From the NCBI GenBank assembly GCA_002269645.1, contig NIVC01001176.1, forward strand, positions 248,001 through 312,000: a stretch of DNA of 64,000 bases, given 5' to 3'. Position numbers and translations under genes: made by a program. This document shows, one piece after another, positions 1-10,253 of this stretch; position 1 is the stretch's first letter; each line of letters opens with the position of its first letter. Under the pieces are notes generated by a model. The model was not told the origin of the DNA and made no database searches. It saw nothing but the letters and a program-made list of their open reading frames with translations. The DNA comes from Macrostomum lignano (taxonomy: Eukaryota).

Positions 1-15
1 AAACAGTACAAGAAG

Positions 16-3000
16 ATGCGAGTTGACTTCTTTCAAGAATGCATATCGAAGCTGAGTAATCTGAAACGATGCTTAGTATGTAAAGAAAAATTTCCCGGCA
101 TTTTCATTAAGCACAATAGTGATGTAGCTTGCCATCGATGTCTTCGAGATTCTGGAAAGCCGAAGCTGTTTAGTGACGAAAATAATGCCAATCCAATGTG
201 TGAGCAGCCGGAAGAACTACGCGATTTGTCAGTTGCGGAGCAAATGTTGATTTCGCCGATATTGTCTGTTATTGTAGTCTATCGGTTGTTTCCGCAAGGC
301 CAGCATGCTTCGAGAGGGCATGGAATCATGTTTCCGCAGGATCAGGCAAGCGTTGTGAGAGAATTGCCGAGACGAACTCTACCTGTGGTGCTGATGTATG
401 ACAAAAAGCTGCAAAACAATCCTGGCAGTACAGTTACGGGAGCGATGAACAATCTGCGAGTGAGACGCGACAAGGTGTTGAATGCAATCAGGTATCTGAT
501 TAATAATAATCAATATTTTCAACGATTTTCTGTCGGTATTGATCGCGAAGCGTTGAATTCGTTGCCAGAGAATGGATATGCGCAGCAAATCAATGAAATG
601 GTTAATCAAATGGACACTCAAGATGTCAATGTTGATCTGGATGCGGCTGAAGAGGAAGCCAGACAGCCAGATGAAGATGAGCAAAGGCAACAAATGGAAG
701 AAGCTCAGTTGGAAGAGACGACAAGCGCTTTGCTGAATACGCCATTGCGTCGTTTGGAAGTAAAGATTCGCGATCGTTTGCTAGAAGAGAAATTGCAATG
801 GCCAAGATCGAGCCGAGTACCGGTGAATGAATTCGAACAAGAAGGCTTGTTTAGTCTGGCCTATCCTCACCTATTTCCTGACGGCAAAGGCGACTACAAG
901 ACTCCGCGAGTGCGTTCGATAGGCCTGGGCGACTATGCGAAGCACTTGATGCAGTTTCACTGCTCGAGATTTCGTTGCGATCCTCGCTTTCGCTTTTTCA
1001 TTGAGAACATGGTGATGCGTTGGAGAGCATTGGAAGTTGGACGAGTATTTGTGCACGACAAGAATTTGGCTGGCTTAAGTGCGCCAGAGATGCTGGAGAA
1101 GCTGAAAGACCCAGCGGTGATGTCCAGCGTGTCAGCCAGAGCATCAGAGTTGCGTGGAACAGCCAGCTATTGGCAAAGCAAGCGTAGACAATTGGAAGCA
1201 ATGATTAAAACAATTGGTTTGCCGCACTATTTTGTGACGTTATCCGCGGCGGATATTCAGTGGCCAGAGTTGTTGCAAGCTTGGCAAATCGAAGAAGACG
1301 TCGACAATGATAATTGGCAAGAAATCCGAGACGAGTTGCGTTCCAGACTGCAAAAGGATCCTGGCATGGCGGATACTGTGTTTTGGATTCGTTTTGAATT
1401 GTTTTTGCAAAGATTTTTTGTTCAGCACTGGAAAGTAAAGGACTTTTGGTTTCGCATCGAGTATCAGAGTCGAGGAAGCCCGCATGTTCATGGCTGCGTT
1501 TGGATGCCGGACGGAGTGGATGTGACTTCGGAATCCTTGCAAGCAGAAGATTTGGTTGCCTTTGTGGACAACCACATTTGCAGTTGGAACACGTGCATGG
1601 ACGAATCAGATAGCGGTCGCGAAATTTCGTCTGGCGGAGTAGGAGCGGAGCCGGCTCGATTGAAGCCGTCCGAAATTAAGGACGATAAAGCTGATTTGCA
1701 AGCACTTCTTCACAACAACATGAGGCACTCAAGGTACAGTAATCGGTGCCTACGAAAGGAAAAGAACGGCTCTTTGAAATGTCGATACAAATATCCGCGA
1801 GATACGCAGACAAAGACTGTCGCCAAAAAGCTGTCGAGTTTAAACTGGAAGGTTGAGACGCAGCGCAACGACCAATATATTGGCATGTACAATCCTCAAG
1901 TACTGTGCATGTGGAGAGCTAACCTAGACATTCAGATGATTTCTTCGGCCAAAGATTTGATTCGCTATTTGATCAAGTATGCAAGCAAAGGAGAGAAGGA
2001 ATCGGAGCAGTTGCAAGAGTTGAATCGTCGCTATCTTTCTATGGAGCAGCAGCAGCCGGAGTCAGTGGACATTGATAATGCAGCAGAAAATGATAATAAT
2101 CAGCAGCACGACGAGTATAGTCGAACAAATACTGCACGTCGCATTGTTCAGCAGCACTTGATGATGCAAGTTGGAGCGCGCGACTATTCAGCACAAGAGG
2201 CTATGCATCTTGTATTACAGACACCGATGTACAAGGCGTCGCGAGAGTTTGTCTACGTTCAAACTGGCGAGACTAGAGCGATTGAGAGTCGAGGCGTTTG
2301 CAAGAATAGTATTGAAAAGTACGCAAATCGGCCGGCACAATTGGAGAATGAGACAATGTATCGATTCTTTTCGGACTATATTCCCCCGATGCGTCAACAA
2401 AGACGCGGTGGTGAACAAGTTGCCGTCTACAAGAAGCGACTAGCGGGCAAGGAAGCAGTTTTGATTGTGAGTCCGTTTTTGCGCTCAACAGAAAGCGACG
2501 ATAAACGGCGCGAACAATACTATCGGCAGCAGGTACTACTGTGGAGCTGTTGGCGAACCGAAGAGCAAGCAAAGGGATCGCATGCAAGCTGGCGCGAGGC
2601 CTACGAGGCGATGATGCAAACGGAAGCGTGTCAGCTGGTTGTGCGCGATTTGGACGACCTGCGCAACGATGAAGCCGACGAGGAGGAACGCGAAGCAGTC
2701 GCCGATTTGCCAGACATGACTGCCGCGAATGCCGAATCAGTTGCTGGTCCAGCTTATCCGGAGCGTCAGCAAGAGGATTGGATGGCAGCACTGGGTGCAA
2801 AGCATGCGGACATTCAGCTGAATGTCAACAAGAATCCGGAAGATACTCTGCCAGTTGCGCCAGAAGGTTTCGATTGGAGTGCTGCTTCAGATTGGCAATT
2901 TCCGAGTCTGGCAGAGGCAAAGCAGTTTTTAATGACCGAATTGACTAAGCCTGTTAGACGTGTAGCTGGAATTACCACCGAAGATGGTGCAGGCGCTAAT

Positions 3001-4593
3001 CGTCAAACGATTGACGTTTCACTGCTGAATGAGAGACAGCGGAAGCTCTACGACATGATTGACAATCAATTGAAGCTTGAACGGCTGGCCGAAAGTGACA
3101 CTACTAACAATAATACTGAGTCGGGAAAGATGCCTCCACCACTGCGAGTAATTTTGTATGGCAGCGCTGGAACAGGCAAGAGTTTTCTGATTGCTGCACT
3201 ACGAAAATTGATTGGCGAGGACAAGTGCAAAGTAATGGCACCGACTGGTGTGGCTGCGTTCAACATTGCTGGCGAGACACTGCATTCAGCGTTGAAGTTG
3301 AACGTAAAGTTTTCGACTACGGCCTGTACTACTAATGCTGACGGTTCAACGACTTCGGGCAGCAGCAAGGCATTGTCAGACATGCAATCGGTATGGTCAA
3401 ACGTGCGCTACATAATCATTGACGAGTTTAGCATGGTTGGCCAAAGGACACTGGCCAAGGTGCACAACCGGCTGTGCGAACTGTTTCCTGAGGAGAAGCG
3501 AGACACGCTTGAAGAAGGATATTTCGGCGGACGGTCAATCATTTTGGTTGGCGATGTGTTTCAGCTGCCTCCCGTTCAAGACAAACAGCTGTACGTGTTT
3601 AACAAGAATGCCAAAGATAATTTGACACCGATTGGCTATCAAGTGTACCAGAGTTTCAAAACGGTTGTTTATCTAAACAAGCAGGTGCGTCAAGCAAATG
3701 ACACAGAGTTTGCCAGCATTTTAGAGTCTCTTCGCGAAGGCAAAGTAACCGAAGCCATTTGGAAGACTGTAATGGACAAGTGTCAAGTAGCAGCTGCAGA
3801 CATGCTACCGCTAGATGTTGATGGCAAATGCACGCTATTGTACCACACAAATGAAGATGTGTCTAATGCAAATTGTGAAGAGCTGCGAAAAATTGTCGAT
3901 GATAACAATCCGGTGCGGATAATCAATGCAACTTGTACTGGAAGGCAACCGCTGACTGGCAACAATGCTGCTGATAGTAGCAAGCAGAAATCGGAGACAG
4001 GCCTAGCCAGGCGACTATTTCTGGCGATTGGAGCACGTGTGATGTTGACTCGGAATCTATCTGTGCAAAATGGCCTGGTGAATGGCTCGGTTGGTACGGT
4101 TCGTGGCATCTGCTATGCGAATGGAAAGAAGCCGCCAAATGATTTGCCCGACTGCGTTTGGGTTGAATTCGAGCGGTTCAATGGCCCGGCAATGCAAGCC
4201 ATGCGGCTGACCAGAGGAGATGGTAGTAGCAGCAGCAGCAGCAGCGAGTGTGCGTCATCAGTTTCTGTTGTGCCAATTCTGCCAGTGTCGAGCCAGTGGC
4301 TTCAGCGAGGCGCCAGCTTGTCGAGACAGCAGTTTCCGCTGAGACTAGCCTGGGCAATCACTATTCACAAGTCGCAAGGCCTAACGATTGACAAGGCGTT
4401 TGTACAGCTGGGTAAGGGCCGCAAGTCGCCGCCAGCAGGTCTGTACTACACTGCCGTGAGTAGAGTTCGTGCCTTGTCTGATCTGTTTGTTACCTGTTGC
4501 GATTTCGTTAGATTCCAGCGCCTATTTTCTACAGGTGGTATTCTGGCACAGGTAAATGAGCAGAAGCGTTTATTAGCTTTGTGCGAGAAATGA
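16..4593 (+). CDS. Helitron-superfamily RepHel transposase (HUH Rep + PIF1/SF1B helicase), Helentron/Helitron2-like; probably N-terminally incomplete
   Basis: 1525-aa intronless ORF. Rep motifs YFVTLS (~1228), FWFRIEYQSRGSPHVHG (HUH at 1483-1491) and RYLIKY (YxxKY, 1966-1980). PIF1 motifs GSAGTGKS (3160-3183), IIIDEFSM, LVGDVFQLPPV and QFPLRLAWAITIHKSQGLT. N-terminal CxxC...CxxC. The frame is open from base 1 (aaa cag tac aag aag atg). Confidence 0.94.
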   Translation: MRVDFFQECISKLSNLKRCLVCKEKFPGIFIKHNSDVACHRCLRDSGKPKLFSDENNANPMCEQPEELRDLSVAEQMLISPILSVIVVYRLFPQGQHASRGHGIMFPQDQASVVRELPRRTLPVVLMYDKKLQNNPGSTVTGAMNNLRVRRDKVLNAIRYLINNNQYFQRFSVGIDREALNSLPENGYAQQINEMVNQMDTQDVNVDLDAAEEEARQPDEDEQRQQMEEAQLEETTSALLNTPLRRLEVKIRDRLLEEKLQWPRSSRVPVNEFEQEGLFSLAYPHLFPDGKGDYKTPRVRSIGLGDYAKHLMQFHCSRFRCDPRFRFFIENMVMRWRALEVGRVFVHDKNLAGLSAPEMLEKLKDPAVMSSVSARASELRGTASYWQSKRRQLEAMIKTIGLPHYFVTLSAADIQWPELLQAWQIEEDVDNDNWQEIRDELRSRLQKDPGMADTVFWIRFELFLQRFFVQHWKVKDFWFRIEYQSRGSPHVHGCVWMPDGVDVTSESLQAEDLVAFVDNHICSWNTCMDESDSGREISSGGVGAEPARLKPSEIKDDKADLQALLHNNMRHSRYSNRCLRKEKNGSLKCRYKYPRDTQTKTVAKKLSSLNWKVETQRNDQYIGMYNPQVLCMWRANLDIQMISSAKDLIRYLIKYASKGEKESEQLQELNRRYLSMEQQQPESVDIDNAAENDNNQQHDEYSRTNTARRIVQQHLMMQVGARDYSAQEAMHLVLQTPMYKASREFVYVQTGETRAIESRGVCKNSIEKYANRPAQLENETMYRFFSDYIPPMRQQRRGGEQVAVYKKRLAGKEAVLIVSPFLRSTESDDKRREQYYRQQVLLWSCWRTEEQAKGSHASWREAYEAMMQTEACQLVVRDLDDLRNDEADEEEREAVADLPDMTAANAESVAGPAYPERQQEDWMAALGAKHADIQLNVNKNPEDTLPVAPEGFDWSAASDWQFPSLAEAKQFLMTELTKPVRRVAGITTEDGAGANRQTIDVSLLNERQRKLYDMIDNQLKLERLAESDTTNNNTESGKMPPPLRVILYGSAGTGKSFLIAALRKLIGEDKCKVMAPTGVAAFNIAGETLHSALKLNVKFSTTACTTNADGSTTSGSSKALSDMQSVWSNVRYIIIDEFSMVGQRTLAKVHNRLCELFPEEKRDTLEEGYFGGRSIILVGDVFQLPPVQDKQLYVFNKNAKDNLTPIGYQVYQSFKTVVYLNKQVRQANDTEFASILESLREGKVTEAIWKTVMDKCQVAAADMLPLDVDGKCTLLYHTNEDVSNANCEELRKIVDDNNPVRIINATCTGRQPLTGNNAADSSKQKSETGLARRLFLAIGARVMLTRNLSVQNGLVNGSVGTVRGICYANGKKPPNDLPDCVWVEFERFNGPAMQAMRLTRGDGSSSSSSSECASSVSVVPILPVSSQWLQRGASLSRQQFPLRLAWAITIHKSQGLTIDKAFVQLGKGRKSPPAGLYYTAVSRVRALSDLFVTCCDFVRFQRLFSTGGILAQVNEQKRLLALCEK

Positions 4594-4689
4594 GCCAGCA
4601 GCAATTGGCGTTGTCGATATTATAGTAATGTAGTTATTAGTCACTCCGTATTGAGTGGGTGTTACGCGCAGCGAAATCTAGCGTTGACG

Positions 4690-5800
4690 TTCTACACAGC
4701 AGACATGGCAATATTGCGTTTATTTACATCACTACTAGAAAGTAGTCGCCTACCATGCAAGATTAGATTTTTCTGCGCATAATCTTATGCCTATTGTCAA
4801 CGCTAGTGCATGGTGGGCCAGGATTTTAGAAATTTATATAAGTCGTTGATAATGGAATTCTATTCCATTGCCTGGCCTCATTAATTATGAGTGTCAAGGC
4901 GGTCTACTGTGCATGTGGTTGCTCTTGTTTAGCACAAATTCTCTTGCATTCTGCAGGCTGTGATAATTTCAGCAGACAGAATAGTGTGTTAAGCATTCGC
5001 GCCTTAGAAGGTGGGCAATCGTGAGGTGAAAAGCTTTCCTAGCTGTGATATAGTATACTGTTCGGATAGATAGGTTTATGCACAGTAGGCAATGCAGTAC
5101 TGCGGTATATAGCTTAGGAAAGTTGAAATGTGTGCCAAATGATTAAATAATTGCCTCTGCTCATTAAGTATGGGCAGTATGGCGGTCTACTGTGCACTTT
5201 GTTCGCCCTTGTGTGACACACCACTATTGCGTTTTGCCTACTGATAATGTGACACTATTCAAACGTTATCCAGTTAACAAGATGCGTGTCACTCATGCGC
5301 CTTAGAAGGTGGGCGTTCGAATTTCATAAAGTTTATACTAGAATTGCCGACGATAGTGCACAGTAGGCAATGCAGTACTGCGGAGATACGACTCTCGATT
5401 ATTTGCCTAGACTCATTAGGTATGAGTACTATGGCGGCTTGCTATGCACGTGGTTGCCTTCAGGTGGGCAATCGATTTTATGGTTTAAATACCAGAACTT
5501 TAATGTCGGCCTTAGTTTGTGCATAGCAGGCACTGCAATATTGCGACGGCCTATGGCCTAGGTAGGAAACAAATTGCCGTGGCTCATTAGAATGAGTTCA
5601 TTGGCGGTCTGCTGTGTAGGTGGTTGCAGTTGGGCAGCAGCACAGTATACTGTTGTATTCAGCATGCAGAAAAGTGTGCTGCCCATTCGCCTTAGGCGTG
5701 CAATCGTTATTAATCTATTGATGAATTGGCTGCGCGTAACATCGCCCGCAAAATGTGCAGTAAAGGTCCGTCAAAGTGTGAGCTGCATCGTTTGGCATTG
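4690..5800. repeat. Degenerate modular tandem repeat (170-290 bp spacing) immediately 3' of RepHel
   Basis: Recurring blocks: CTCATTA at 4877, 5160, 5412, 5583, each followed by ggcgg(t)ct(a/g)ct(g/a)tg; gccttag/gccttcag-(a)ggtgggc blocks near 4999, 5298, 5456, 5688; cacagtaggcaatgcagtactgcgg twice. Confidence 0.7.
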
Positions 5801-6256
5801 CTTTGATATTGCTTAAAGAAATAATAGTTTGCCTACCAAACAAAAAGGCTATTTTACTTTTGAAATATTTATGATTGATAAAATATCCTCTTCTACCGGT
5901 TAGCTATTCGATGCACGACGCTTTGAGTTTTAGACACAGTCTTTTATTTTAAAAATATTTCAAACAGCTGCTTTATGAACAATTATGAATACAACTGTGT
6001 CTAATTATGGACTTATCACGCAAAGTTGCCCTGCCTTATCCAAGCATGCAACGTGATCATCTGTTTACTGCAAAGTCGTATCCAATGGCTTCACGAGCCT
6101 GCGGGTGTTAAGCCGTTCTTTAGAAGTCAAGAGTCTATAATAGTTTTTTATGTTCTGTGAAACATGTTAAAACTCTTGTCTCTAAGTTTTGGCAACAGAA
6201 TTGGAACGACGCAAGTGTAATTAATGACTTTTGATTGAAGTTTATTACCACTATTC

Positions 6257-6287
<31 letters not shown>

Positions 6288-6414
6288 CTTTGACAATTTA
6301 GGTATTGTAAACTACAAGCAACTTAAATAATTTTCCGATTCACTAATTTAATTAACTAAGTAGACCACATAAACTAATAAAACTTATAATATATTATTCC
6401 TTGAAAATTTGTTA
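4972..6414 (+). repeat. Segment A, copy 1 (direct duplicate at ~8817-10243)
   Basis: Starts agcagacaga(a/t)agtgtgttaagcattcgcgccttagaagg in both copies. The ORF-track peptides 5344-5526 and 9194-9376 are identical, as are 5370-5561 and 9220-9411. Similarity decays toward the 3' end. Confidence 0.93.
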
Positions 6415-6838
6415 TGCTAGATAATACTAAGACATAGTTTTACTAGACCTCGGTCTTTTTAGATTTTTGTGTGTGAAATGTTTTTTATTCTTTTTTATAC
6501 GCTTAATATGATGCCAATGTTCGTCAGAATCAGAATTCAGTGAGTCAGTTCTTCTCCATAATTGTTACAATGCATTTCTTGTGGAAAGGGCTACTTGACC
6601 CTGAGTTTTTATTTTTAGCTTTCATCTTTTTAGCATTGACCAATCTCCTAGCCACGATAAAATTATCCTCACGAAAAAATTTCTGATCTAATAGTGCAAG
6701 TTTGAAGACAATCGGTTCACACATTGTCAAATTGAGCCAAAATTCGTATAGATAGATACATAGATTGGTAGACAGTTTTACTTTTAGTATAACTGAATGA
6801 TGATGACTAGTCATTTGGTTTGTATTTTCTGCTTTCAG

Positions 6839-8144
6839 ATGTCGCAATTTTATTTTTATATCGGCCATGATGACGGTCGCGTCGGTGGCGGCCATGGCGA
6901 CGGTGGCGGCGGCGGTGGCCCTGGCGGCTGTGGCGGCTGTGGCGGCGGTGGCGGCGGCGGTGGCCCTGGCGGCGGTGGCGGCGGTGGCCCCGGTGGCGGT
7001 GGCGGTGGCCCTGGCGGCGGTGGCGGCGGTGGCCCCGGTGGCGGCGGCGGTGGCCCTGGCGGCAGTGGCTCTGGCGGCGGTGGCCCCCGCGGCGGTGGCC
7101 CCCGCGGCGGTGGCCCCCGCGGCGGTGGCCCCCGCGGCGGTGGCCCCCGCGGCGGTGGCCCCCGCGGCGGTGGCCCCCGCGGCGGTGGCCCCCGCGGCGG
7201 TGGCCCCCGCGGCGGTGGCCCCCGCGGCGGTGGCGGCGGTGGCGGCGGTGGCCCCCGGGGCGGTGGCGGCGGTGGCCCCCGCGGCGGTGGCGGCGGTGGC
7301 TCTCGCAGCGGTGACCCCCGCAACGGTGGCCCTGGCGGCGGTGGCCCTGGCGGCAGTGGCGGCGGTGGCCCTGGCGGCAGTGGCGGCGGTGGCCCTGGCG
7401 GCGGTGGCCCTGGTGGCGGTGGCGGCGGTGGCGCCCAAGGCGGTGGCGCCCAAGGCGGTGGCGGCCGTGGCGGCGTTGGCGACAGGAGGCGAAGTTATCG
7501 TGAGTAAAGCTTACACTAAATTTTCAATTTTAGCAGTCTAAAGACAAAAAATTGTTAAAATTATTGCATTTTTACATCATCTTAGTTAACGTAAGCAACC
7601 TTTTTTCCAATTTTAAATTTGTAGGATGTTATCGATGTAAAGTTCTCGGGCACCTTGCCCGAGAATGTAGAGTAACACGACGCAAGGTAAGTTCATGTGC
7701 AAATGTATTTGTTTACTCTCAACACAATATACTAAATCTCTAATATCTGTCTGTCTGTCTGTCTTTAATGTCTAAATCCTTTAAAGACGTTATAGCTGCA
7801 AAAGCTTGTGTTTAAATTTTAAGCACACAAAATTTGTGACTAACTGAAACTGAGAATAAAAATTGATATTTAATTTAATTTAGGCCCTTGCTACAGCTGC
7901 TCCTGCTGCAGCTGCTACTGCTGCAGCAAATAGTGCGCCGACTGCTCGTGCACGGGCGGCAGCTACTCCAGCTGCGGCTGCTGTCGTCGCGACTCCTGCC
8001 GTCCCGACTACTGCCGTCCCGACTGCTCCTGCCGTCCCGACTGCTGCTGCTGCTGCTGCTGCTGCTTCTAATTTGACTGGGACTGGGGCTGGGGCTGGGG
8101 CTGGGGCTGGGGTTGGGGCTGGGGGTAGGTGCGTTGTGCAATAG
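6839..8144 (+). CDS. Putative spliced Gly/Arg-rich (GGPRG repeat) CCHC zinc-knuckle protein with Ala/Pro/Thr-rich tail; exons 6839-7499, 7625-7686, 7884-8144
   Basis: Splice sites ttatc|gtgagt (7500), tttgtag|ga (7624), aag|gtaagt (7687) and aatttag|gcc (7883) join in frame to give ...GDRRRSYRCYRCKVLGHLARECRVTRRK-ALATAAP...GRCVVQ*. The knuckle is CX2CX4HX4C. The true 5' end is uncertain: the ATG follows a tttcag acceptor. Confidence 0.62.
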
Positions 8145-8238
8145 GCAGTGTTGGGCACTATATTGAATTCCGTTATGACGCCAAAATTATTAACGCAAAT
8201 TAGTTAATTCTTTATAAACACTTAAAACGGCAAGTCGG

Positions 8239-8816
8239 TAGTGTTAATGAAAAGTCTTTGCCCTTATTAAGGCGTATCAACGGATTACTGCCTATTATAA
8301 GACTACAGTGCGCAACACTGCCTATATGCACGGGACAATAGGGTAGGGAACCTTTATTGATCAAATTAGTTTTTTTGTTATCGCTGCCAGGCCTTTGTGT
8401 TTTACACTTTCCTAACTATATTAAATAGTGCTTATGCATTTCCTGGTCACCTTTTTCTGTGGCGGGTCGATCTGGCCAGCATGGCTGTCCCGCCTTATCC
8501 TCCTCGTCGGCGACGTCGAGTGCAACCCAGGCCCGCAGACTTGGTCATCGCTAAAAATCGCAGCTCCGTCCAGTGCACCGTCTGCAACGGCTGGTTGCAC
8601 TGTTGTGTCAGAGGCGCAGAAACATCGATCTCAAACTGGAATGCCAAATTTATGGGCGCGTGCTGCGGGAGTGGTAACAGCACGGCCAAGTCTCTAGAGC
8701 CTCAATCACAATCACAAAAACACGGAAAGGCCGGCTCAACTAACTGTCACTCCAATGACAAATCCGAGGACACCACCGTTTTGGGTAGCTCCCACAGCCA
8801 CCCTTCGCTCAAAGCC
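8239..8816 (+). repeat. Segment B, copy 1 (direct duplicate at ~10254-10789)
   Basis: Shared from tagtgtta(a/g)tga(a/t)aagtc to cccttcgctcaaagcc; the copies differ by independent deletions. Confidence 0.92.
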
Positions 8817-8870
8817 AGCAGACAGAAAAGTGTGTTAAGCATTCGCGCCTTAGAAGGTGGGCAATCGTGA
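8434..8870 (+). pseudogene. 2A-like peptide + PHD-type zinc finger module, copy 1 (frameshifted); likely 5' fragment of an APE-type non-LTR retrotransposon ORF
   Basis: MHFLVTFFCGGSIWPAWLSRLILLVGDVECNPGP (GDVECNPGP at 8509-8535). A 22-nt deletion relative to copy 2 shifts IAKNRSSVQCTVCNGWLHCC...NWNAKFMGACC into another frame. Confidence 0.72.
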
Positions 8871-10243
8871 GGTGAAAAGCTTTCCTAGATGTGATATAGT
8901 ATACTGTTCGGATAGATAGGTTTATGCACAGTAGGCAATGCAGTACTGCGGTATATAGCTTAGGAAAGTTGAAATGTGTGCCAAATGATTAAATAATTGC
9001 CTCTGCTCATTAAGTATGGGCAGTATGGCGGTCTACTGTGCACTTTGTTCGCCCTTGTGTGACACACCACTATTGCGTTTTGCCTACTGATAATGTGACA
9101 GACACTATTCAAACGTTATCCAGTTAACAAGATGCGTGTCACTCATGCGCCTTAGAAGGTGGTCGTTCGAATTTCATAAAGTTTATACTAGAATTGCCGA
9201 CGATAGTGCACAGTAGACAATGCAGTACTGCGGAGATACGACTCTCGATTATTTGCCTAGACTCATTAGGTATGAGTACTATGGCGGCTTGCTATGCACG
9301 TGGTTGCCTTCAGGTGGGCAATCGATTTTATGGTTTAAATACCAGAACTTTAATGTCGGCCTTAGTTTGTGCATAGCAGGCACTGCAATATTGCGACGGC
9401 CTATGGCCTAGGTAGGAAACAAATTGCCGTGGCTCATTAGAATGAGTTCATTGGCGGTCTGCTGTGTAGGTGGTTGCGCTTGGGCAGCAGCACTGTATAC
9501 TGTTGTATTCAGCATGCAGAAAAGTGTGCTGCCCATTCGCCTTAAGCGTGCAATCGTTATTATTAATCTATTGGTGAATTGGCTGCGCGTAACATCGCCC
9601 GCAAAATGTGCAGTAAAGGTCCGTCAAAGTGTGAGCGGCATCGTTTGGCATTGCTTTGATATTGCTTAAAGAAACAATAGTTTGCCTACAAAACAAAAAG
9701 GCTATTTTAATTTTGAAATATCTATGATTGATAAAATATCCTCTTCTACCGATTAGCTATTCGATGCACGACGCTTTGAGTTTTAGACACAGTCTTTTAT
9801 TTGAAAAATATTTTAAACAGCTGCTTTATGAACAATTATGAATACAACTGTGTCTAATTATGGACTTATCACGCAAAGTTGCCCTGCCTTATCCAGGCAT
9901 GCAACGTGATCATCTGCTTACTGCAAAGTCGTATCCAATGGCTTCACGAGCCTGCGGGTGTTAAGCCGTTCTTTAGAAGTCAAGAGTCTATAATAGTTTT
10001 TATGTTCTGTGAAACATGTTAAAACTCTTGTCTCTAAATTTTGGCAACAGAATTGGAACGACGCAAGTGTATTCATTGACTTTTGATTAGTTTTAATCCA
10101 CTATTAGACTATACACAACTTTGAAATTTAAGTACTGTAAAGTAAAGGTAACTTAAAAATTTTTCTATTCACTAATTTAATTAACTAAGTAGACCACACA
10201 AACGAATAAAACTTTAATATATTATTCCTTCAAAATTTGTTAT
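8817..10243 (+). repeat. Segment A, copy 2
   Basis: Direct diverged copy of 4972-6414, joined to segment B at aaagcc|agcagacaga. Confidence 0.93.
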
Positions 10244-10253
10244 AATTTGTTAT

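Noticed and set aside
6417-6422. CTAG at the A/C boundary as a Helitron 3' end
   Set aside because: Followed by A rather than T, with no GC-rich hairpin upstream.
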